64,000 nucleotides of DNA from Marsupella aquatica (Eukaryota > Plantae > Marchantiophyta): the NCBI GenBank assembly GCA_973895155.1, contig OZ316898.1, positions 15,902,330 to 15,966,329 on the forward strand, in the 5' to 3' direction. Every line of letters starts with the position of its first letter. The stretch's first letter is position 1. Both the position numbers and the translations under genes were made by a program. This document shows, piece after piece, positions 36,101 to 46,000 of the stretch. The notes under the pieces were generated by a model that was not told where the DNA came from, searched no databases, and saw only the letters and a program-made list of their open reading frames with translations.

Positions 36101-36675
36101 TGGGTCCACCTTTTCGTGCTACCCTTTAATTCCCAGTGTATGTCGTTGCAGTTCTTGATGGCCTCTCGGATGCCGACGACGCTGTCTTTGCAAAACAGAA
36201 GATCGTCGAGTTGATTGGAAGTAGGCGTCCACAGGAACTCGTCCTTGATGAGTTCGCCTCCTAAGAAAGCCGTCTTCTGCAGCTCCCACAATCGAGCGAG
36301 CTCCTGCCGTTCTCGAGCTGCCCTTTCTGACTCCTCGTCCTCGTAAGTCTTGATGTACTCAGTTGCCCGTTCGAACAGGCATCCCCAGAAATGTGCCGCT
36401 TGATTGACGTTGCTCATACCCTCCTTAGGTCGATCGTCGGTATCTATTCTCTCCCCGAGTGCTTGCCTAAGCAGCTGACAGTAGTTGGCCTCCCGTAGTC
36501 GTCTGCCTAGTTCGTGCTCGCAAATGAGCCACCATCTCCTGCAAGCGCTCCTTACCCCTCTCCTCTGCCGGTCCTTCTTCCCGTTGATCCTTCCTAGCCG
36601 CCGACGCTTAACGCGCCCTAATCCTAATCGGGTTTTCACCCTCAGCCTTACCTCCGGCCTCTGCCCGGGTTCCAT
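33103..36675 (-). CDS. 3' LTR copy of the LTR-encoded protein (1190 aa, ends in telomeric repeat)
   Basis: Near-identical to 43936-47535. Confidence 0.88.
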   Translation of the reverse strand: MEPGQRPEVRLRVKTRLGLGRVKRRRLGRINGKKDRQRRGVRSACRRWWLICEHELGRRLREANYCQLLRQALGERIDTDDRPKEGMSNVNQAAHFWGCLFERATEYIKTYEDEESERAARERQELARLWELQKTAFLGGELIKDEFLWTPTSNQLDDLLFCKDSVVGIREAIKNCNDIHWELKGSTKRWTQATVLGETSTAAEMKRKGAVNDEATPAKRTRSAAPKRPAEQQSRRQGEAEEEEVDPIKAIPTRDDTWKGWAATLPVEVQLHFAREEDACFTAMQTKKYQGFMAGSGLEAFVRLPWLKPEVPESDLLEFVGSWEPETNCTRIYGKDFYLTPKVIAEVFGLPIGNKTKVDTRKTLPDKEFRSFPGPSTKNGFFRNTCTNPHIGEMIDFLRVTMHCNLPRAEIGKAQVYLAERPDPSRDYNGYLLNQLKKILKEEQQVIGMGSVSRLGYHMPLLCRYARGQTFAPVLPLQVRAPEEAPTPRPLAEKPQPPVSPTIEQVFRPRKEDLPMQQPGMQSLLKLLEKEKKSASATTTATATMQDTTTEVGLHRLTRENPFAGDKERIRPESKPGVRMYVGTSSSESEAELPKAPTDEEEREKPDVQEVQEAVEDCSHDNSGYGSDHHVPGVRTCGRFVPTLPRVVRGDPNQQSSPESPPPDVAPPSFDGIKQTVQEFQERIKQEEEAALAKEKDLPGGDWPEDIRRLAEKGSKPLATIEEIRRTAWEQRPRWAMPITSTYSTYAKNRAMEYGEMCGELALGIFGEELEVGPFFHREQLEKHQLEEAVALERSKKDEVIRRLRRMEAEIEDLRAAKKAQDELRIKQHELNIMQGQLDTAQADNQNIKDKLTQTQEELADTIKEREKWKQELKNTEEAHITANSRAMAETQRKEWALKGELEKIRGALEQKEVKLGKSYQGIMALQQELASLTASFKADLREKDEMLEQTYAKMNQMESVIIAELDKELRATQEERATLKKELEEAHREQEEAKNELEGARKDLDETQEELEEITRKMENLQRRADNQTERLKKQAAVFKCLAAAGPSPVGTNQLPGVVIAEGQAAPPAPVPEVSGKGKGPAAKPPTKKKRKPSGSRSNTTSQAVVIKEVDPAPTPDRITARDPTTLGEGEAEAEGVAEAEAVGIAEAGVEAEAEGGPSQADGELTQSRAGNLSENEPTAVAEEEAFRV

Positions 36676-36778
36676 GGTTGCCCCTAATTGTTTATATTTT
36701 CCTTGTTTTGTCCCTATACTAAGGTGTTCCTAGGGTGCCTTCCTGCTTTACCCACTTAACCGGCCGAGTGATTCCTGT

Positions 36779-39700
36779 CTAGGCATCACATAGCTCCCCA
36801 CTTAATTGTGAAGCGTCCTCGCGAACAACTGCATCTTCGTCCATATAGTATTTCTTGAGGCGGTCATAATGGATGCGAACTGGATATACCTCTCCCGTAA
36901 TGTTGGCCAATTGTACGGAGCCATTGGGGAACATCATGGTTACTCTAAAGGGTCCTAACCAGCGAGTGTAAAGCTTTCCTGGAAACCTACTATACCTACT
37001 GTCATAAAGTAGCACAAGATCACCGGTATGAATACTAACTACTTTTAACCTTTTATCATACTACTGCTTCATGATATTCTGTCTATATTCTACTCTCTCG
37101 GCTGAAATCATTCTCGCTTCCTCTAAAGCTTCTAACCTATATTCTCGCTCCTTTAGGCTCTCCTCCGCTGAGGCTCTTTCCTCAATTGTAACTTGAAATG
37201 TCGGTATCTCAAGTTGCATGGGTACCAGGGCTTCTTGTCCAAAGGTTAAGAAGAAGGGTGTATGACCGGTAGTGGATTTATAGGCAAGATTGTAAGCAAA
37301 AACAGCAGCAAACAATTTATCATCCCAATCGAGTTTGTTCTGAGCTACTGTCTTGTTCAATATCTTTCCTATGATTCCGTTTGCTCGTTCTGTCAACCCG
37401 TTTGCCTTTGGATGGTAGGGAGTAGTAGGCCTATGTTTAACTAAATACTGCTCATTTAAATGACTAATTATATCATTCAAAAAATGGGTTCCTCTATCAC
37501 TAACTAATTCTAGGGGTGCTCCATACCTGGTGAAGATCTGCTCATACATGAATCTAGCCGTAGTAATTGCATCATCCTTCGTTGTTGGTCTGGCCTCTAC
37601 CCATTTAGTTGCATAATCCGTAGCCAGGATTATGTACTTGTTCCGTCGAGGGTGGGTCAGTGGTTTCAGAGGTCCAATGTAATCAATACCCCACTTCTCG
37701 AATGGTGCCAGAGGTAGAATAGGGTGCAGTGGATGCCTGGTGGACGCCCTTGGTCCTCCCGCTCGTTGATAAGGATCGCATTGTTTGATAAACTGATAGA
37801 CATCTTTGTGCAAGGTGGGCCACCAGTAACCGGCATTTAATATCTTCTTAGACGTGGTTACTGGGGCAAAATGTCCTCCGGCCTCCTCTCCATGCATGGC
37901 CCGTAGGACTCGTTTTACCTCTCTCTTTTCCAAACATCTTTGAATCGTGCCGTTGATTCCATGCTTGTGCAGTATGCCTTTAATGCACTGATACTGTCTG
38001 ACCTTCCACACAAAGACTGCGGCTTGCTCTCGGCTTAATCCTGGCTGTAATCTGGAAGTGCTGAGAAATTGTAAAATCTCAGGGTACCATGTACCAGCTA
38101 TTTCCACAACGAATAGCTCCTCGTCGGGGAATCGATCATCGATGCAATCCGTGGCAGGTTTACCTGTGATCCTTGAAAAGAAGTCGACATTGGCATGTAA
38201 CTTTCCCGGCTTGATCCTCAGCTCATAGTCAAACTCCTGTAATAGCAAAATCCATCTTGCTACTCTGCCTGTAAGGTCCGGCTTATTGACTAGGTACTTC
38301 AAACTTTCATGATCAGTATGAAAGATTACCTTGTACCCTAGTAAATAATGCCTAAACTTTTTACAAGAATAAATGACTCCTAATGCTTCTCTTTCCGTGG
38401 TAGAGTAGTTCCGTTCGGCATCGGCAAGCTGACGGCTTGCGAAGTATATGGGATGGTCCCTTCCTTTCTCATCCAACTGACTTAGTACTGAGCCAATACA
38501 GAAGCCCAAGACATCTACAAAAACATGAAAATCTTTGTTCCAGTCCGGTGCTATCATGACTGGGGCCTCTACTAACATCTGCTTCAATTCTACCACCGCT
38601 GTGACTCGTTCGGGTGTGGGTTCGAAGTCTGCTCCTGCCTTGAGCATATTGGTTAATGGTAAAGCCAGCTTGGCAAAATCCTTGATGAACCGGCGATAGT
38701 AACCAATGCATCCCAAGAAGGATCTTACATCCTTTATGTTCTTAGGTTGCATGATATCTAGCCATACTGCTAGCTTACCTTTGTCAATCTCAATGCCCTT
38801 CCTTGATACCTTGTGACCTAGTAGCACCCCCTCGGTTACTGCAAAAAAACATTTATCTGGGTGTAACTTGAGACCCACCTCTCTACATCTCATGAAGGTT
38901 TTCCTGAGGTATTTAGCATGTTTCGATGCCTTCCCGAATACTGCAAAGTCATCAATGAAGATTTCCATGAACTTTCTCAAGTAATCATGAAAAATGTTCA
39001 CCATTAATCGTTGGAACATAGCTGGTGCGTTGCAGAGTCCAAACGGCATACGATTGAAGACATAGATCCCCCATTCCGTGATGAAGGCCGTCTTGATTTG
39101 GTCTTCCTGCCGAATCCTGATTTGGTTATAACCAGAGTATCCATCCATGAATGAATATAGTTCATGACTGGCTACCATGTCTAGTACCATATCAGTAAAC
39201 GGTAAAGGAAAATGGTCTTTTAATGTTGCTTCATTCAGCTTCCTGTAATCCTGACAAACCCGGATCTTGGGTTTACCATCGGGTCCAGCTTTCTTGGGAA
39301 CTATCACAATTGGAGACACCCAGTCTGAATGCAGGACTGGAGTGATGAATCCAGCTTCCACTAGTTTGTCGATTTCTGTTTTGACCAGCAGGGAATACTT
39401 CGGGTTCATCCTTCGAATTGGTTGTCGAAATGATTTGGCTCCTAACATGAGATCAATTCGATGTTCCCCTAGTGTTGGATCTACTCCCTTTAGATCTTGG
39501 TGACTCCATGCAAACACATCCTGAAATTCAATCAATAAGTCACTGATCTCTTTCTCGAGCTCAGGTGCTAGGTTTCTCCCTAAGTTCAGTTCTCTTCCCT
39601 CTCCTAAGTCGAGCTTCCGATATTGCCGTGCTTGGATCATATTAATCTGCTTCTTCAAATTCGGGTCCAGTTCGGCTTCCAGTCTCTCTAATCTCATACC

Positions 39701-40045
39701 TCCATAAACTGGGATCTCGGCTGGACTAGCCGAGTCGGTCCCTTCCTTGGTGTCCATAGATTGTCCCCTTACCGGTCTATTCGGTTTTGAATTAATGGTC
39801 GGCTCCCCTTCCTGCCTTGGCTCTGGATCGTGTCTGTCCATCTCATCCACTTCTTGCTCCTGAGAGTTAGGCCGTTGTGCTCTCTCGGCTTCTAATAGGG
39901 CCTCAATTTGTTCTGCCCTCGTAATCGGCTTGTATGCCGATCCCTTGGTATTTAATTCCTTGCCGATGATCGATGGCGTTGTGGACCCCGTCGGCTCTGC
40001 CACAACGCCTGCAGAAAATCCACTGTCCCTGCTACTGCTCCCCAC
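36779..40045 (-). CDS. pol: Element C pol (RT-RH-INT), -1 frame to gag, one premature stop at 37061
   Basis: MDGYSGYNQ, FIDD, EREAL, WGIDY, SDRG, NGLTER; WLGPF tail in frame after the stop and reading into the 3' LTR. Confidence 0.95.
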
Positions 40046-42945
40046 TTAGTCGTTTCATCCAATTGGTCTACATCCTTTACTTCCTCCGGAATTGCAGCTA
40101 AAAAGGTGGATTCTATTGTAAAGCAGTCCTCGACCTCTTCGTCTTCTTCTTCCAAGTCACCTTCCATTGGTTCTTGCCATAATCCGCTGGGGGGTACCTC
40201 TGGTCCAAAGACACCTTCTTCGGTTAGGTTAGTGAGGCATTCTAACCAACGTACTTCATCGGCTGACTCCAGTCCACTGTCGTACCCATCTACTTCCCTT
40301 ATGCTTTTCCTACGGTCATCCTTAGTGTCCCAGGATACCGTGATAGAGGGGGTCCCGAAAGTGAACTGCTTTTTACCCCAATCTTCTATTACCTCGGCTA
40401 GGTACAGCCATGGCCTACCAATCAATAGCCGGAATGACGTAGGATTTACCGGCTTCATTACTACATAGTTAATGCTAAAGAAGATACCTCCTATCTCTGT
40501 CTTGATGCCGGTTAACACTCCCGTCGGAATGACCTGATATCCATTGGCCATGTTCAACACTCTTCCAGTCATCTCCGGTGTTAGACCCCACCCTTTTGCT
40601 GTTGAATCAATCATAATACATACCCCTGATCCTCCATCGATGGGTACCCGTAGTAATAATTCTCCTTGAATCATTAATGGTAATGCTGGGGCTCCTTGAT
40701 CTTCTTCTATCATTAGTACGTCGGATCTGGTTGCTACCTTGGGTAATCTCGGCTTGCCGAGAATAGCCTTCCTTAATTGCTTCCGGAAGTACGGGCTATT
40801 TTTCAATAGTTGACCTACTGTTGCCGAGACTCTAGATTCTAGTACATCTTTAGCCAGGTCATAGGGAACAATCGGCTTCTCTTCTAGTGGTGTTTCCGTC
40901 TTGGATTCGGCCAGTTTTGCCACGCTAGTCTCCACAGCTGTTGGGTCTTCCAAAGCAAACAATGCTTTTGCTCGTTTTACATCCTTGGCAATGGCTTCGG
41001 TATTCTCCAGGGTTTCTAATTCTCTTAGTTGTTCCTTAACACTAGTCGTAACAGAGGGGTAGAACAACTTAGGATGATCTCGATTGAAGTCGCTATCTTG
41101 TGAAGGATTGGTTTCACTGGTGGGCTCATGGCTTACCTGTATTGCCGGAGCCCTCCCTTCTCCTTCTGTTGATGTTGACGAAGAGTCGATCCTTTCCTCC
41201 GTAACCTTCCCTTTATTTTTGGCCAGCCCATCCCACCTTTCCTTCCTTCTGGTAGATCGAGTAGAGACCCGGTAGCAATCATGATCTAAATCCTCCTCTG
41301 AGAAGGTTGATAGGGCTTCGGCCTCATCATCAGATGGTACGAACTCTGCCTCGGCATCCTCTTGCCATCCTAGTTCGATGTGGTTGATTTGAACTCCTCC
41401 GGGGGTAGTACCTGGCGGTAAGATCTTGATCGGCAAAAGCTTATGATTTGCGGCCAGGCCTGCCAACCAAGTAGGACATTGCCCTAGCATATGACCTTCC
41501 TGTCGGCATCCCATACATAGCTGAGCTGGTTGTCCATCACCCTGTTTGCGTGCATTCGGGCATTCTCTAGCAAAATGGCCAGGTTGACCACAATTATAGC
41601 ACGCCGCAAATCTTTGCACATTCGGCCTAGGAGGTACTGACGGGTTCTGAATAATCCGAGGATACATCTCTCCTGGATTGTTCCTTAACCCTGACCACAG
41701 AGATGCAGGTCTGTTGGATAGGTCTCGTGCTCCAGTCTCACTGATGCCGAAAACACTATCAGCGGCATCTCCCAAAAAGTACTCTACTTCTCCCTGACAT
41801 GGTCTGATCTCGGCCACATGCCGAACATGATTAGTATTAAGCTTAGGACACGCATCTTTATGGTGTCCGGTTTTATAACATAAGGCACACCATACAGAGC
41901 TATCCTCCTGTACTACCTTCTTCTTTGGTTTTACCTCTGCAATGATAGCCTTAAGTTGCTCGGTAAGGGCTACGATGTTATCTGGTGGCTTAGCCTCCAT
42001 CTTGACTTTCGTCTTCCCTCTCCTTCTGCCCTTCCTTTTCCTAGTTTTTTCTTCTTCAGAACTAGAAGATGACTCACTCTTGCTACTCCCACTATCCGAG
42101 CTTGACTTATCACTTCTAGACTTCTTGGGATGTTTCTTCTTCTTATCTTTTTTCTTATGGGGTGATCCCTCCTCTGATGAGGAACTCTCAGACTTAAGCT
42201 GTTTCTTCCGGCTTGTGATATCTGCATTAATGTATAATTGAATATCCTTAATTGCTTCGGCTAAAGTCTCCGGGTTCTCCTTCCTAATTGCAAAACTCAT
42301 CTTCTGTGGCAAAGCATTCACCAACCATTGAAGTTGCATACCTTCAGATGCATTGGTCTTTGTACGTCTTACCAGTTTCTGAAAGCGTTGCAAGAACTTC
42401 CTGAAGGATTTGTTCTCCTTGAACCGAAGTTGTCCCAACTTCAGCACTGCTAGTTCTGAAGTTCCAATGGGTCGAAACTCCTTAACAAAGAGTGTTTTGA
42501 AGATATCCCAGATGGCTTGATCTTCCACATCTAATGCTCTATACCAAGGCCTAGCCTCACCCTTGAACAGGCCGGGAAGAATCTGCATCTTGATGGCCGA
42601 TTCTCCATTTGCTGCAGCGGTTCCCTCGAAATCATCCAACCATTCGTCCGGATCCTCATCTCCTCTCCCATGAAATGCCTTGTAATGTATGCGCGACCGC
42701 TGGCTCAATCTGGTCCCTGGCCTCTCGTCTGGCCGTGCCTCTGGTTCCCCCATGTCGGTTGGAGACTCACTTCTCCTTACCGACTCTTCTTCTGGTATGT
42801 CTTCTTCGACGCCACTTCCAGTTTTGGAGCTACCAGCTCTTTCTGCCCCTCTCAGTCGCTGTGTATCATGCCACCCGGCGAGCTGCTGCAGTCGAGCTCT
42901 CTCCCGTTGAATCACTCTTTCTTCCCTCGGCGTAAGGTCAGTCAT
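39952..42945 (-). CDS. gag: Element C gag-protease (997 aa)
   Basis: Intact ORF; three CCHC knuckles; VPIDGGSGV...LIGRPWL. Confidence 0.95.
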   Translation of the reverse strand: MTDLTPREERVIQRERARLQQLAGWHDTQRLRGAERAGSSKTGSGVEEDIPEEESVRRSESPTDMGEPEARPDERPGTRLSQRSRIHYKAFHGRGDEDPDEWLDDFEGTAAANGESAIKMQILPGLFKGEARPWYRALDVEDQAIWDIFKTLFVKEFRPIGTSELAVLKLGQLRFKENKSFRKFLQRFQKLVRRTKTNASEGMQLQWLVNALPQKMSFAIRKENPETLAEAIKDIQLYINADITSRKKQLKSESSSSEEGSPHKKKDKKKKHPKKSRSDKSSSDSGSSKSESSSSSEEEKTRKRKGRRRGKTKVKMEAKPPDNIVALTEQLKAIIAEVKPKKKVVQEDSSVWCALCYKTGHHKDACPKLNTNHVRHVAEIRPCQGEVEYFLGDAADSVFGISETGARDLSNRPASLWSGLRNNPGEMYPRIIQNPSVPPRPNVQRFAACYNCGQPGHFARECPNARKQGDGQPAQLCMGCRQEGHMLGQCPTWLAGLAANHKLLPIKILPPGTTPGGVQINHIELGWQEDAEAEFVPSDDEAEALSTFSEEDLDHDCYRVSTRSTRRKERWDGLAKNKGKVTEERIDSSSTSTEGEGRAPAIQVSHEPTSETNPSQDSDFNRDHPKLFYPSVTTSVKEQLRELETLENTEAIAKDVKRAKALFALEDPTAVETSVAKLAESKTETPLEEKPIVPYDLAKDVLESRVSATVGQLLKNSPYFRKQLRKAILGKPRLPKVATRSDVLMIEEDQGAPALPLMIQGELLLRVPIDGGSGVCIMIDSTAKGWGLTPEMTGRVLNMANGYQVIPTGVLTGIKTEIGGIFFSINYVVMKPVNPTSFRLLIGRPWLYLAEVIEDWGKKQFTFGTPSITVSWDTKDDRRKSIREVDGYDSGLESADEVRWLECLTNLTEEGVFGPEVPPSGLWQEPMEGDLEEEDEEVEDCFTIESTFLAAIPEEVKDVDQLDETTKWGAVAGTVDFLQALWQSRRGPQRHRSSARN

Positions 42946-43014
42946 TACCTACGCTTCCGTTCTAACTTCATATCTCACGGCTTAAGAAATGCCCCCTCCA
43001 TCTAGCGCCAAAAA

Positions 43015-46000
43015 TGTGGTGCGTCCCATGGCTCCCTAAACCCAAGAAACCCCCCAGCTCAAGCCGATTCCCGCAGGTTTCGTGCTTGGCGAGGCCGTTT
43101 CCGCGGCTTAGCGGCATGGGACGCTGCTAACTTTCTACTACTACTATTAACATTTTACACACATATACTGGACAGATCCTTCATCGGGTCATGAGATACG
43201 TAGCCGGCCTAATATAGGCCTTCCCCTGTCTTCCCCTGTCTTCCCCTCCGTCTTGTTAGGTATGTTTGGATTCCGCCGCCGGAATGATCCCCAATAGGCT
43301 TGGTTAAGCCGCTAAGACCTCTCTCAGCTCGACACATCCAACTCTCACTCCCCTGCTTACTTTCCTTCCTTCTGTTGATGTGGGCACTCTTCACACAAGT
43401 TAATGCGACACACAAATAGCAAAATGACTCATTCTAACTGAGTCATACCATGCACTTGCCATACAAACAGTACATCTCATACACAAGTTCTGCGAACTAA
43501 GCCGTGAGGCCAACTCTATTCAGCTCTTAGGCATGAGGAAACATGAATATACACAAGGGTCACTGTATGACTAACCGAGAGCTTCTCGTACTACTTGATC
43601 CCAGCCCGGCTGGTGCAAACTAAAAACTTGCTAAAGAAGAGGCCCTGAGCTCCCCGCTGCCCAGGTACTTATCCTGGTAGTGGATCCGCCATTCTTTGCA
43701 TCGTAAGCCTAATCTACTTAACAGTAATCTACTTGCCCAAATCTACCTATGTACAGCAAGGCAGGAGCACAAGTGTTGCTCCTACCAGTGGGACCGCAAT
43801 CCCACTAAGCTAAGTGTCAGGGCCGCTCCTGGTTCTGATCCTAATCCTAAACGTGGAGATCCGCGCCCGCCCTGCCCACTCACGCCTCCTCCCTCCACGT
43901 CCGCCCTCCCTAAAAGGAACGGCGCCCTTGCACCGTCACGACACCGGTGGTGGATCCTTAATGGACGCCCCCAACGCTTCCTCCTCAGCCACTGCCGTAG
44001 GTTCATTCTCTGACAGATTACCTGCCCTTGACTGAGTCAACTCTCCATCGGCCTGACTGGGTCCACCTTTGGCTTCAGCCTCGACACCGGCCTCGGCAAT
44101 ACCCACGGCTTCGGCCTCAGCCACTCCCTCGGCTTCGGCCTCCCCTTCCCCTAGGGTAGTTGGATCCCTAGCCGTGACCCTGTCTGGGGTCGGTGCTGGG
44201 TCTACCTCCTTGATCACCACGGCCTGTGAAGTCGTATTACTCCTTGACCCTGAAGGTTTCCGCTTCTTCTTCGTTGGTGGCTCGGCAGCTGGTCCCTTCC
44301 CCTTCCCACTTACTTCCGGCACTGGTGCAGGTGGCGCGGCTTGTCCTTCGGCAATTACCACCCCTGGTAACTGGTTTGTCCCAACGGGAGATGGACCTGC
44401 TGCAGCTAAGCATTTAAATACTGCGGCTTGTTTCTTCAGCCGCTCTGTTTGGTTGTCGGCCCGCCGCTGTAGGTTCTCCATCTTCCTCGTGATTTCCTCC
44501 AACTCCTCTTGGGTTTCATCCAGGTCCTTACGTGCCCCCTCCAGCTCGTTTTTGGCCTCCTCCTGCTCCCTGTGGGCTTCCTCCAATTCCTTCTTCAAGG
44601 TAGCCCTCTCCTCCTGGGTTGCTCTTAGCTCCTTGTCGAGCTCTGCAATGATGACAGACTCCATCTGGTTCATCTTGGCGTAAGTCTGTTCGAGCATCTC
44701 GTCCTTCTCCCTTAGGTCGGCCTTGAAGCTGGCCGTCAGGGACGCAAGCTCCTGCTGCAGCGCCATAATCCCTTGATAGGATTTCCCTAACTCGACCTCC
44801 TTCTGCTCAAGGGCTCCGCGGATTTTCTCGAGCTCCCCTTTCAACGCCCATTCCTTTCTTTGGGTCTCCGCCATGGCCCGGCTGTTGGCTGTTATGTGGG
44901 CCTCCTCTGTATTCTTCAGCTCTTGCTTCCACTTCTCCCTCTCTTTGATCGTGTCGGCCAACTCTTCCTGCGTCTGAGTCAGTTTATCCTTGATATTCTG
45001 ATTATCAGCCTGCGCGGTGTCCAACTGCCCCTGCATGATGTTCAGCTCATGTCGTTTAATCCGCAGTTCATCTTGGGCTTTCTTGGCCGCCCTTAGATCT
45101 TCAATCTCGGCTTCCATCCTCCTAAGCCGCCGAATGACCTCGTCCTTCTTGCTTCTCTCTAAATCCACCGCTTCTTCTAATTGGTGCTTCTCCAACTGCT
45201 CCCTATGGAAAAAGGGTCCTACCTCCAACTCCTCTCCAAAGATGCCGAGCGCAAGTTCCCCACACATCTCACCATACTCCATGGCTCTATTCTTAGCGTA
45301 GGTGGAGTAAGTAGAAGTGATCGGCATCGCCCATCGTGGCCTCTGCTCCCAAGCCGTCCTGCGGATCTCTTCAATCGTGGCTAGAGGTTTGCTTCCTTTT
45401 TCGGCTAGCCGCCTGATGTCCTCCGGCCAATCTCCTCCTGGTAAATCCTTTTCCTTAGCCAGGGCGGCCTCCTCCTCCTGCTTGATTCGCTCCTGAAATT
45501 CCTGCACCGTCTGTTTTATGCCGTCGAAGCTCGGGGGAGCAACATCTGGTGGGGGAGACTCAGGGCTACTCTGCTGGTTGGGGTCCCCTCGCACTACCCT
45601 TGGAAGTGTGGGGACAAACCGGCCACAGGTCCTTACTCCTGGAACGTGATGGTCTGACCCATAGCCGGAATTATCATGGCTGCAGTCCTCCACTGCCTCC
45701 TCTACCTCTTGGACGTCCGGCTTCTCCCTCTCCTCTTCGTCGGTAGGAGCTTCAGGCAATTCTGCCTCAGATTTGGAGCTTGAGGTTCCCACGTACATTC
45801 GAACACCTGGCTTGGATTCCGGCCTGATTCTCTCCTTGTCTCCAGCAAAGGGGTTTTCTCTTGTGAGCCGGTGTAGGCCTACCTCTGTAGTAGTGTCCTG
45901 CATTGTTGCCGTTGCCGTTGTTGTTGCCGATGCCGATTTCTTTTCTTTCTCCAGTAGTTTCAGCAGACTCTGCATGCCTGGTTGCTGCATCGGCAAGTCT

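Larger units (their letters stand above)
30534..36790 (-). repeat. Element C 3' LTR (6257 bp including duplication and telomeric inserts)
   Basis: Near-identical to 43015-47650 apart from the duplication. Confidence 0.95.

Noticed and set aside
31693-36214. Many plus-strand ORFs (also within 44069-53600 and 60070-63773)
   Set aside because: Antisense shadows of the long minus-strand ORFs.
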